Assembly: GCF_036321535.1 (NCBI RefSeq)
Contig: NC_087447.1
Span: 35,652,001 to 35,716,000 of the forward strand
Length of the DNA: 64,000 nt
Direction of reading: 5' to 3'
Source of the DNA: Camelus dromedarius
Lineage: Eukaryota
The notes under the pieces are model-generated. The model saw only the letters and a list, made by a program, of their open reading frames with translations. It did not search any database and had not been told where the DNA came from. Of the stretch, positions 52,180-62,790 are shown in pieces (within the stretch, counting starts at the first letter, position 1; every line of letters starts with the position of its first letter). The position numbers and the translations under genes are program-made.

Positions 52180-52440
52180 GCCCAAACCTCAGGCCTGAGT
52201 TGGAGAAACCGGAGAAGGCCCTGGGAACAGCTGACTCTGGGCGCCACGTTTTGGAGGCGGCTGCCCCCTCCCCCACACTGGCTGTGCTGTGAGTCACGGG
52301 TTTTAAGCTGAGCACTCTGGGAGATTAACCAGCTTTGTGACCAGCTGCTGGAGGAGGATACTTGGCCGAAAGAAGCAAGATAAAGTTACCCTCTCAGAAG
52401 TTTATAGGAAGGCCCATAAATGCCCTCAACTGCTGTGGGG
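52180..52440. promoter_or_regulatory. MYOD1 core enhancer (CE/CER)
   Basis: Minus strand reads CAGCAGCTGGTCACAAAGCTGGTTAATCTCCCAGAGTGCTCAGCTTAAAACCCGTGACTCACAGC...GGCGCCCAGAGTCAGCTGTTCC, recognisable as the conserved core enhancer. E-boxes 52427-32, 52342-47, 52228-33; Pitx-type TAATCT 52322-27; CAGCTT 52305-10; AP-1 52290-96; MEF3-like TCCGGTTTC 52205-13. Confidence 0.9.
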
Positions 52441-53585
52441 CCCATCATCTGGGGGCGCTTCTGGATGCTCCCCCCTTGCCCAGGCCTTCAGTGGCTGTAC
52501 TCATCCCCCCACTCAGCCCTACTCTGGCACCCACTGGGAATGCCTACCACCTGGGGCTCAGCGGTTCCAAGAAGGGTCTTGGGCAATGGGCCTTCCTTCC
52601 CCGGATGACACACATTAGGAACAGAGCCCGGACTGGAGTCAGTGGGAAGGGCCTGGCTCCCTCCTGGCTCAGGCCCGGGGCAGAGGCTGGTGGGAAATGC
52701 CTAGAGCAGGATGGTGGGCCGCTGGCACACAAGGGGAAATGAACAAGAAGGACCAGGTTGCATCATGATCCCAGAATGCATCATGTTGAGGATGTTGAGA
52801 GGCTGAAAGGGAGCCCTGGGATGAAGAATCAGGAGGCTTGTGTTCTAGCCCACTCTGCTGCTGACCCTCTGGCCTTAGTGTCCTCATTCACCAAAAGGAG
52901 TGCTGGTGTAGATGAGTCGTTTTCAAATGGTGTTCTTTGAAGTCCTAGGCAGTTCAGAAGTGGTACAGGGATTCTACAAATGCTGGAGTTGCATTTCAGG
53001 CTGGTAGGATTCTCCAGCTATCATCTTCACTACCTTCTTCCCCATTTCATACTTGTATTCATTAAAATAACTTCATTTTTTCACCAATTAACTATCCATT
53101 CAGTCGGCAATTAATTTACTGAGTGTCTACTATGTGCCTCTGTTGTACAGGCTCTGTTATAGCTGATGGAGGACAACAGTGTTCTTTATAAGAAATAAGA
53201 ATTACACATTTGAATTAATAATTAATTAAAATTAATGTATAACAACAAAGTGGCACCTTCATCTGCTTTCTGCATCTGAAGGTAGGATTCTGCTCCTGAG
53301 GAAGTTGGGTTTGGGATGACTTCCTGGGTGCCTTTGTGTCCACCTGACTTACTCCATTTCCAAAGCCCTAAGCTGCCAGTCCTGGGGGAAGACCCAAGAA
53401 GTGGGGAGGAGGAGGCATCTCAGCCCCAGGGTAGCCGCTGGTGTGGGGGTTTCTCCACAAGGTGGAGGAGGCACAGTCTTAAGTGAGGCTCTGTCTCTCT
53501 CCTCTGCACTGGGGCTTAAGGGTATGTTAGTGGGAGGATTGTGCTGGTTGCAGCCCGTCCCCTGGATCCAAAGATAGTTTGTCCA

Positions 53586-53782
53586 CACTATTTTATATAA
53601 AATAGATAAATAACAAGGTCCTACTGCATAGCACAGGGAACTATATTCAATATCTTGTAATAACCTATAATGGAAAAGAACCTGGAAAAGAGTATAAAAA
53701 ATGTATATCTGAATCACTTTGCTGTACACCTGAAATTAAACCATCATTGTAAATCAACTCTACTTCAATTAAAAAGAAACAA
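53586..53782 (+). mobile_element. Artiodactyl L1 3' end with degenerate 17-bp TSD
   Basis: aacaaggtcctactgcatagcacagggaactatattcaatatc...gaatcactttgctgtacacctgaa; TSD caaagatagtttgtcca (53569-85) and caaagatggggtgtcca (53783-99), 14/17 identical. Confidence 0.85.
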
Positions 53783-54439
53783 CAAAGATGGGGTGTCCAG
53801 GTGAGCCCTACCTGGCCCTGGAACACCATCAACCTACCCATAGCCCCACTGGTACCACTACCAATGCCAACCTCTGGCTTGTGCCAGGTGTTTTACAGAC
53901 ATCACCTTAATCCTGGAAGTTGGATATTTTCAGCCACACTTTACAGTTGAGGAAATGGCAGGACCCACAATAGGCCAGGCCTTTGCTAAGTGCTGGGGAG
54001 ACAGCAGAGAGTGGGACAGAGGCTGTTCTAGCATAGTGGGAGATAATACAGATCATAAGAGTAATATTTAACCCTTATATACTGCCTACTAAATGATGGG
54101 AACTGTTCCTGAGTTAACTCAATCTAACACCACTGTATGATCATCTCTCCCATGATATAGATGGGGAAACAGAGAGAAAAGATTAGTATCCCAAAGTCAT
54201 GCGGCAAGTAAGACAGAGCTGGGTCTTGAAGTCTAGCACCTACTTTGCTAACAGCCTAGGTAACATCATTCCACTAACATTCCTTGAGCCCTCACTGGAG
54301 CAATCAAGAGGGCAGGACAGTCCTTGCTCTCCTATAGCTCCCACCCTAATGTGGGAGGCAGAGGTCTAACATAGTCAGCACCGGCGGGGAGAAGAGCAGC
54401 GCCTGGCGTCCGCACCGGGAGACAAGGGCATGGAAAGAT

Positions 54440-54660
54440 GTGGGTGTGAATCCTGGCTCTGCGTCTAACTAGTGAGGTGACCTTGGACAAGGCATACAAC
54501 CTTTCCCATTCTCTACTGTGTCATCAGAAAGATGGGGATGATAACACCCACCTTTTGGGATTGATTTAGATTAAACAGATAGTGTACCTACAGCGTCAGA
54601 CACTGTGTAAGGCGGAGAATAAGTGCCCAGGAAATGGTAACTGTTATTATTAACAATAAC
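54440..54660 (+). mobile_element. MIR SINE
   Basis: gaatcctggctctgcgtctaactagtgaggtgaccttggacaagg...gatggggatgataacacc. Confidence 0.7.
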
Positions 54661-55949
54661 TGAGGCTGGGGGATGGGGGCAAGGAGAAGGAGGAAGAGGA
54701 AGATTTTGGAACTTGTCTCTCTGTGAGTCTTATCCTTGGCTAGAGGCTGGCCCGCTGTGTCCAGCCCTTCTTTCCAGTCCCAAGTCTGTCCAGGCACCTG
54801 CTGTGGGTCCTGGCTTCCCCAGGCAGGACCAGGGAAGGGCCAGGGTGAGGCCAGGAGGGCGAGTGAGGACATCTCAGCCCAGCTCCTCACTGCTGGGTGC
54901 CTGGGGTGTGGGCTAGGGCTGTTCCTGGCAGCTTGGTACCTCCCTGGAAGGAGAGAGGACATTAATGTTCATGGAGGAATGAGCCAGAGTCTCCTGCCTC
55001 TTAGAAATGAAGCCCCTAGCAAGCTTTGTCAAGGTGTTGGTGGACAGCAGCCATGTCCATGGCTCTGCCTGCCCAGTACCTCCACTCAGTGAGAATTCTC
55101 TGCCACTTATCGTGTGTCCAGACTTGCCTCTGTTCTCAGGGAGCTCCTATCTCCTGGAGATGCAGATGACACTGGAGTAGCCCATGCCAGGTGCAATCCA
55201 AGATTCTGCAAGGAGAGGGAAGAGCAGGGTGGGGTAGGGGGTGCCACAGGGAAGGCTTCCCAGTGGAGGTGGCTCCTGTGCTCTAGGAAAGGGAGAGGCT
55301 TACTTCCAGGTGCAAAGGCCCAGAGGCTTATCTATGGCATTAGATAAGAACTCCCAATTCTAACATAAATTTTGTCCAGATTCGATTATTTTGGTAGAAA
55401 ATGAGCATGTTAAAGTAAGTTTGGAGGCTCTGAGCTAGGCCTGGGTTAGGGATGGGCTTGAGGGGAGATGCTTGAGTTTAGGGAGCCCCACTCAACACCA
55501 GAGATTTGGGGCCCGGCAGGACACATGGCTGAGACACTGCTGTTGGGAAATTGGTAGCTTGAGGGAGGGGATTGTGCCCCAAAGGCTACATCTGCACGGG
55601 GGACTCAGGCAGCAGGCCCCAAGGAAGGTGGGAGTTCTTCCTGATACTCCCTAAACACACACTTGGGTATGGAAGCATCCCATGTAGTGTTGTGCAGAGA
55701 CACTCAGTCTCATAGTACCCTTAAGGTTCTGAACAGTGATGCACAGTCAACATAAGGTGATAATAGGGACTATCATATCACAGAGACACCCCCAGTCAGA
55801 GCTCCCAGGGAACTGGACCCAGAGAGACACCATCACAAGGTGACAACTGCTCAGAAAGGCACACAATCAAATGGCCCCCACTTGACCCTCAAAGCCCCGG
55901 ACACACTGCAGGACACCTTCAAGCCACTGACCCTCAGCAGCCTCATTCC

Positions 55950-56460
55950 AGGGACCCTCTCAGATCCGCGCAGCCGGTGGCCGTCAGCGACAGCCGCAGG
56001 GCCCCCCGTGGCACACGTGCGCCCGCAGCCGCACACCCCCGCGCACACGCCCGGCGGGCTAACGAGCCCACAGCCCTTCTCGGCGGGAGGGAGCCAGTTG
56101 TCGGGCGGGGCCGCGCGGTCACACAGCATTAGCCCTGCGGCCGCCCCGCCAGGTGCGGCCACTGCCCCTAATCCCTGGCCCTGGCCCGCTAAGCCGGGCC
56201 TGAGCGACGCCACAGCTGGGGGCGGCCGGCCACGCGCCGCCCATCACCGCAGCCCCAGCCCACCGCGGGGCCCTTCCCCACCCTCCACCCGGCTCCCACC
56301 TCCCCAGCCCTGCGCCACCCTCCCAGCCCCTCCGCCACCACTGACCTTTGCTCCCACCCCCATCAATTCCTTAGCACCCCAAGGCTCCGCCCCCAGATCC
56401 TCCCATGGTTTGCCCGTCAGCCCTCATCTGAGTCCTCAGACTGGCTAGAACCGCACGCCC
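55950..56460. promoter_or_regulatory. Orphan CpG island about 20 kb upstream of MYOD1
   Basis: Abrupt CpG-dense block with GC boxes and four E-boxes; no recognisable coding exon. Confidence 0.75.
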
Positions 56461-57619
56461 CATCCCAGTCCCTCCACTGCGGGACCTGCAGTGCCCCACC
56501 CTGCCCCAGAGCCACCCACTGCCAGCTCCATGTTCACTGGACGTTGACTTGGGCTCCAACCGCCTCACTCTCCACCCGTTTCATTTACCTGCTCTGCCTC
56601 TCCCAGCGGCCAGACCTCAGCCCCTCCCCTACCTGGATTTGTAAAGTCCCTGGGTCCCCTCTTGGAATACCACACGTATTCCCAGCCTCCAGCTGCTCCT
56701 ACGATTCCCAGGCAGAACTCACCTCCCCCTAGGACAGCTGAACTTCAGTTCTAGTCTTCTGACTCTTGCTAGATCCTGGGATTGGTCCCAGGATCTTTGG
56801 AGAGATTCCAGAGCCTCTCTGAACCTCAGTTTCACTTGTCTGAAAAATAGAGGTGTTGATTTAGATGACCTCGGAGGACTCTTTTATCTTTCCTATCCCG
56901 TAACATTAGCAAGGTCATGTACTTGCCCTCATCTGGATGTTGAAGACAGGTGAGTGTGGGAGGCACCCACTGGCCATGTGTCCCCATCTGGTGCCATCCC
57001 CTCACATAGCTCTCAGGGTCTAAGCCAGCCAAGGCATCTTTTTAGCCTCTGGTGTGGGGGTGGGTAAGAGAGAACTAGGTGGAATCTGGGTTCTGAGGTC
57101 TTGGCCAGGGCTTGGACTGGCTGTGGGGGGGTGTGACCTCTGCCACCTTGTTATGCCCTCTGGAAGGGTACGCATCTGGGACTGTCCTGCTGGGGGTCCT
57201 GGCCTCAGGCACTACTAGCATTGGTGCTGATGGACAGCCCTGGCAGGTGGGAGCTGGCTGGTCCCCCCCGATAGCCCTGCCCACCTGTCACCCTCCTGCT
57301 CGGGTGACCGGCTGTCTGACCCACTGACCAACTTCCTGCTGCTTCCCAGCACCCTGGGCACTGCATGATCCAGACTATAGTGCCCTGCCCCCTTTTCTTC
57401 CGTTTTCCCAACAACTTACTAGCTCAGAGCGCACGGGCACACAAATACCACACATAGGCAGATTCACACTGCACACACGTATACAGGGCGTAGGCATGCA
57501 CGCCCACATCTGAGCCTGCTTCATACTCGTGCAAGCCGAGCCAAGTTGCTTCTCCCTAGGTGGGGAAACATGGGCATTGCCTTCTCTGTGGCAATAGGGC
57601 TATGGGATAAAGGCAAACA

Positions 57620-57845
57620 CATTAAGTCTGGGCTGCCAGTCCTGGCTCTGTGATATCCTTAAGTTAAGTCAAGTGACTTAACTTCCCTGTACCTCAGGTT
57701 CCTCATCTGTTCAATGAAAATGATTATAATAAGTATCCATCTTGTAGGACTGTTTTGAGAATCAGATGAAACAATCCATGGAAAATACTTAGCATGGTTC
57801 CTAATACAATGTAAACCCACAATACATCAACTGTTAATATTATTA
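57620..57845 (+). mobile_element. MIR SINE
   Basis: caagtgacttaacttccctgtacctcaggttcctcatctgttcaatg. Confidence 0.7.
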
Positions 57846-58621
57846 TCCAGTGGGGGCTGAGATAAGGGAGCACCCTAGCTGATAATGTCCCTTTAATCAG
57901 TAATTTCTAGCCATAACTCTTCAAATGGTTATTAATCTCCCTAAAAGTATTTTTTATTCCACGTTTCACATTATGAGAGCTGTCAACCAGCAGATGAAAT
58001 CAGGGTATGCCATTTCCATAGCCTTCCCTGGATCCTGGTCAGATATGATTGCTCATTGTTTGCTGGTTAAAAACTAAGAAAGCACATGAGGCTAGACCTG
58101 GGTGATTTAGGGAGTGCCGGGCTGGGGCCTGAGGCTCACACATTGTCTCTTTAGAATCTGTTCCAGGCCGTCTCACCCCAGTCAGGATCCCCAGTCCACG
58201 TGTCCATGGGTCTGCCTCCTTCATTCTGGAAATGAGAACATCTGTCTGTCTGCCCATCCAACAATAGGACCCCTTCCATCCCCCAGGTCTCCCTAAGGGC
58301 CACCAATAGCATTTCACCAATCTCACTTCACATGCACTTGGGCCCTCAGAGTAGGAGTTCTGGGGGCCTAGACAGAAGACTAAGCTTGGCAGAGCTCTGA
58401 GCTGTAGGACCATCTTCTTCAGTATCTCACTCTTCAGTCTGCTCCAGCCAAACCTAATTCTGCCCTTGGCACCATTTAAGCAATGAATGAATGAGGTTCA
58501 TACCCGCGGTGGAGTCAACAGACACAAGATGAAGTTGGGGAGTTCTCTTCTTTCTCTGCCACCCTTGGCCTTGACAGGAAGCCTTCTTTGTTCTGCTTCA
58601 TGCAGAAAGTCAAGAAATCCT

Positions 58622-58782
58622 GGGGGGAGGTATGGCTCAAGTGGTAGAGCGCATGCTTAGCATGCATGAGGTCTTGGGTTCAATCCCCAGTACCTCCATT
58701 AAAAGCAAATAAACCTAATTATCTCCCCTCCTTGCCGAAATAAAATAATACAATAATAAATAAAATTTTAAAAAAAGAAAAA
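58622..58782 (+). mobile_element. Full-length camelid tRNA-derived SINE (vic-1-like)
   Basis: A box tggctcaagtgg, B box ggttcaatccc, A-rich tail, perfect TSD aagaaatcct (58612-21 and 58783-92). Confidence 0.9.
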
Positions 58783-58993
58783 AAGAAATCCTATTTTCGA
58801 CCTTCAGCATTTTCCTGAGTCTCACTCCAAGTACTCTCCCTTCCTGACTTTCTGCTTTTGAGCCCTCTCTTTGCTTTATCTTCAGATTTGTATCCTGCTT
58901 CTGATTTGGGGTATATTCTTCATTAATATTCTTAATTATAACTATTAATTATAACTATTATAAAGTCCTATCGCCTCTAGTACAAACTTTCCT

Positions 58994-59500
58994 GTATTAG
59001 TTATCTATTGCTGCATAACAAAATACCTCAAACCTTAGCAGCTTAAAACAACAAAGTTTTATTATCCTGCCCTTTCAGTGGGTCAGGAATCCAGGAGCAG
59101 CTTAGCTGTAACACTAGCTCAGGGGCTCTCATAGGCTGTAAGTCAAGGTGTTGGCTGGGACTGGCGTTATCTTGCAGCGTGGGGATCCACATCCAGCTCA
59201 CTCATGTGGTTCTGGCAGGCTTCACGTCCTTGCTGGCTGTTGGCTGGAGATGCCAGTTGCTTGCCATGAGGGCCTCTCCATGGGGCAATCCACAACATGG
59301 CAGCTGGCTTCTCTTTGAGCAAGAGAGCCGAGAGAGAAAGAGACAGAGCATGTGCCCCAAACAAATGCATGTCTTTTTATAACCTGATCTTAGAAGTGAC
59401 ATCCATTACTTCTGCTGATGTTGATACTCAGAGGGAAGGGAATGCATTAAACCAGGAGGCAGGGATCATTGGGCACCATCTTAGAGGCTGCCTACCACAT
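58994..59500 (-). mobile_element. MLT1 (MaLR) LTR
   Basis: tgtattagttatctattgctgcataacaaa...ggtcaggaatccaggagcagcttagc...ggctgcctaccaca. Confidence 0.8.
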
Positions 59501-60221
59501 TTCCCATCATGTTTTCCCTGGATTATCCCACCTATCACTGCCCTCAGTAGATATTTGTTGATAGAATAAGTGCAATCATCAGAAGACACTCTGCAGAGGT
59601 CCTATTATTCTATATTGTTCTCCTTGGATACTGCCCTCCCCTTCCCCCACCTCTCACACTTTTTCTTCTTGGAAGTCACTTGCAATTAAATTTTTTTAAA
59701 ATGTTACCTGTGATGAACACATCTGCTCATGAGAGTCTATCTTCTCTCCCACTTTCTGTAATTTGCCTTCCAAAAATGGATGCATGCTCGGCATTTATCT
59801 CATGCAGATGATCTCTATGGTTATCACAAGTTCTAAGATGACTTGGTTACTTTCTTTCAGGGTTCCTATTGCCTCTCTCCATCTAACAGGTCAAGACTAG
59901 TTTCAAAGAAATGATCTCCCATGTGCTCCTACCACTTATACCTTCTCCTCACAGTGATGAGCTCCTGAAACTTTCCCATGTGTGTATGGTCCTGTCTTCT
60001 CAACTGAACAGAGACCCACCATAGGATGGGGACAGTTCAGCAAACCCTTTTTGATGAGTGTTCATCAAGTGCACATCATGTGCTAGGACTGGGTTGGGGA
60101 CCAGGGAGACAAGAGGGTAACTCATGGAACTCCCAGCATCTGGATGGAACAGGCTCTTAGGAATGCTTGCTCCTCTGGGAGATCAACTGTCAGGAAGTCC
60201 ACCCTAAATAATTCTCATGTG

Positions 60222-60985
60222 CTGTAGTGGCAGAATTTCTAAGAATGGCTCCCAAGATGCCACACCTTCATCCCTGGAATCTGTAAATGTGATGAGAGAC
60301 CACTCTCCTAATTGTATTATGCTGTGTGGTACAGTTGCCTTTAAAAAGGGATGATTTCTGAGGGGGTCTAATACTAATCTATTCATGTTCAGAATATAAT
60401 ATGTAACCTTTTATGTCTTTAGCCTTGTGTCTAAGTTCCTTTTGCTTTGTATAATATTTCCAAGGATCATCCAAATTGTAGTACATATCAGAACTTCACT
60501 CCTTTTTATGGATGAGTAATAGTCCATTGTATAGATATAGCACATTATATTTATCCATTCATCAGTTGATGGACATTTGGATTGTTTCTACTTGTTGGAT
60601 ATTATGAATAAAACTACTATGAACATTTGTGAACAGGTTTTTATGTGGACTTATGATTTCAATTCTCTTGGGTATATACCTAGGAGCAGAATTTCTGGGT
60701 CCTATAATAACTCTACGTTTAACTTTTTAACTTCCAGACTGGTTCCCAAAGTAACTGCACATGTTTGTACTCCTACAGCTACTATGTAAGAGGGTACCAA
60801 TTTCTCCACATCTCCACCAACAGTTGTTATATCTGTCTTTTTTTTTTTTTTTATGAAAATCATTCTAGTGGAGATGAAGTCTTGTCTCATTGTGGTTTTA
60901 TTTTGCATTTCCCTAATGACAGTTGAGATCGAGTAGGTATTGTTTAAAGCCACTGATTTGGGGGTAATGTGTTATACAGCACTAA
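60222..60985. mobile_element. MLT1 LTR (+) split by an antisense L1 fragment (about 60385-60925)
   Basis: LTR start tgtagtggcagaatttctaag; L1 antisense ttatccattcatcagttgatggacatttgg...ttgcatttccctaatgac; LTR end aagccactgatttgggggtaatgtgttatacagca. Confidence 0.7.
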
Positions 60986-61499
60986 TAAAGGTGCTTTCTC
61001 AAACCCAGGTGGCAAAAATGGAAATGGAGGAAAAGTCAAAAACAAAATAAACCATTTGAGTTAAGTCGCAAAGGAATCAATAAATGGCAATCTTATAAAG
61101 TGGGCCTGGACCCCCATGGGTGGGAGGACAGACATCTAAGTTTAAGGGGTGGGACTAAATCAAGAACCAGGACAGCAATCAGTTATGAAGACATGAACAG
61201 GGCAGCAGACGTGGAGTAACCCTGAGGAATTTGGGAGTAAGTTGCTTCCAGTTTTTGCCCATTTCTGTTGGATCAGCCATAAGTATAGCTGTGTTGAAGG
61301 CACCTCAAGGTCGGCAAAGGTGTGGCTTTGACTTTTAGCCACAAGTCCCTATGGCAGGTCATCCAGTTGGATGGAGACCACATCACTGCTTAAATGGGTC
61401 TGTGGGCCAGCCCTAGGACATGTTTCAATATACTAACCTCCATTTCTATAATCTAGCCAGAGAGCTTTAGAGGACATTCCTTTCTCTTTTACTACCTTG

Positions 61500-62790
61500 A
61501 TTCATTCATTCATTCATTCATTCATGAATGGGCCAAGTTCTGTTCCAGGCATGTGAGATACAGCAGTGAATAAAATACAGGTCTTGTGGGGCTTACCTTT
61601 TAGCTGGGAGAGAAGGTCAACAAGCATAAAGGTAATAAATAGTGAATTATACGCTCTAAGTGTATTGGTGTTATATATAAAAAAAGAAAAAGTTGATTGT
61701 GGTAAGGGAGATCAGGATGCTGGAAGGCAGAAACTTTGACTGTAGTTGGAGTTAATCAGGGCAGACCTTGCTGGAAAGGTGAGATTTGAGCAAAGATTTG
61801 AAGATGGTGAGGAGTGAGGAGCATAGATGTCTGGTGGGAGAATATTCCAAGCAGTGGGAAAAAATACAAAAAAAAAAAAAAGTTCTAAGGCAGGAGCATG
61901 TCTATCAGCTTTGAGAAACAACAAGGAGGTTAGTGTACTTAGAGCAGAGAAGGAGAAAGAGTAACAGATGAGGGCCAAGTGTTGATGGACCCAAATCATG
62001 TAGAGCCTTGTGGGCATTGCCAGGACTTTGGATTTTAGTTTGGGTGAAATGAGAAGCCTAGAAGAGTTCTGAGCAGGAAGATCTAACTTGCATTTTAAAA
62101 AGGACTCCTTTAGCTGCTGTGCTGAGAACATACGGGTGGGGAGGTAGGGTAGGGGAGGTAGGGCATCTGGATGGGATCCTTAGGTGAGGTTGGCTCTGGA
62201 AGAAGCTGTCCCTGGTCTGAAAGGTAGTGCTACAAGTTCTGCCTGACTAGTAAAGTCAAATCCAGGATTCACACAGGAAGGCCAAGGGGGTCATCTGGTC
62301 AACCATCTTGGCGACTTCAGGAAAAAAATTAGGAAGTGTTTTCTTTAACGCTTTATCTTGCACAAGGCTTCTAGGGTACTCCAGGTGAGACGATTGCAGC
62401 TTGGTCTGCAGTGGTAGCGATGGAGAGAGTAAGAAATAGTCAGCTTCTTGATATAGTATTTGAAAGTAGAACCAGTCAATAGGCTCTCATGACAGATTGG
62501 ATGTGGGAATTGAGAGGAGAGACAAAGAGAAGATTCAAAGATATTGTCAAAGTTTTGCCTGAGCCATGTGAATGATGGAATTGCCACAAGCTGAGATGGG
62601 AAAGGTTATACATAAAGCAGATTTGTGGGAGAGGATCAGGAATTCAGTTTTGGGTAGTTTAAGTTTGGGAAATCTATTGGATAGCCAAGTGATATCAAAC
62701 AGGCTGATAGACATAAGTTTGGAGTTTAGTTGAGAAACCTGGGCAGAAGATAGAAATTTGATAGCCATCAGCATTTACGTGGTATTTAAA
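61500..62790 (-). mobile_element. L2 fragment with a non-L2 insert at about 62132-62360
   Basis: (ttca)n terminus at 61501; L2 motifs to gctgctgtgctgagaa (62130), resuming at ccaggtgagacgattgcagcttgg (62381). Confidence 0.7.

Noticed and set aside
55840..56448. 202-aa ORF over the orphan CpG island
   Set aside because: GTG start, Pro/Ala-rich low complexity, typical CpG-island artefact.
58622..58700. tRNA-like sequence
   Set aside because: SINE head with A tail and TSD, not a tRNA gene.
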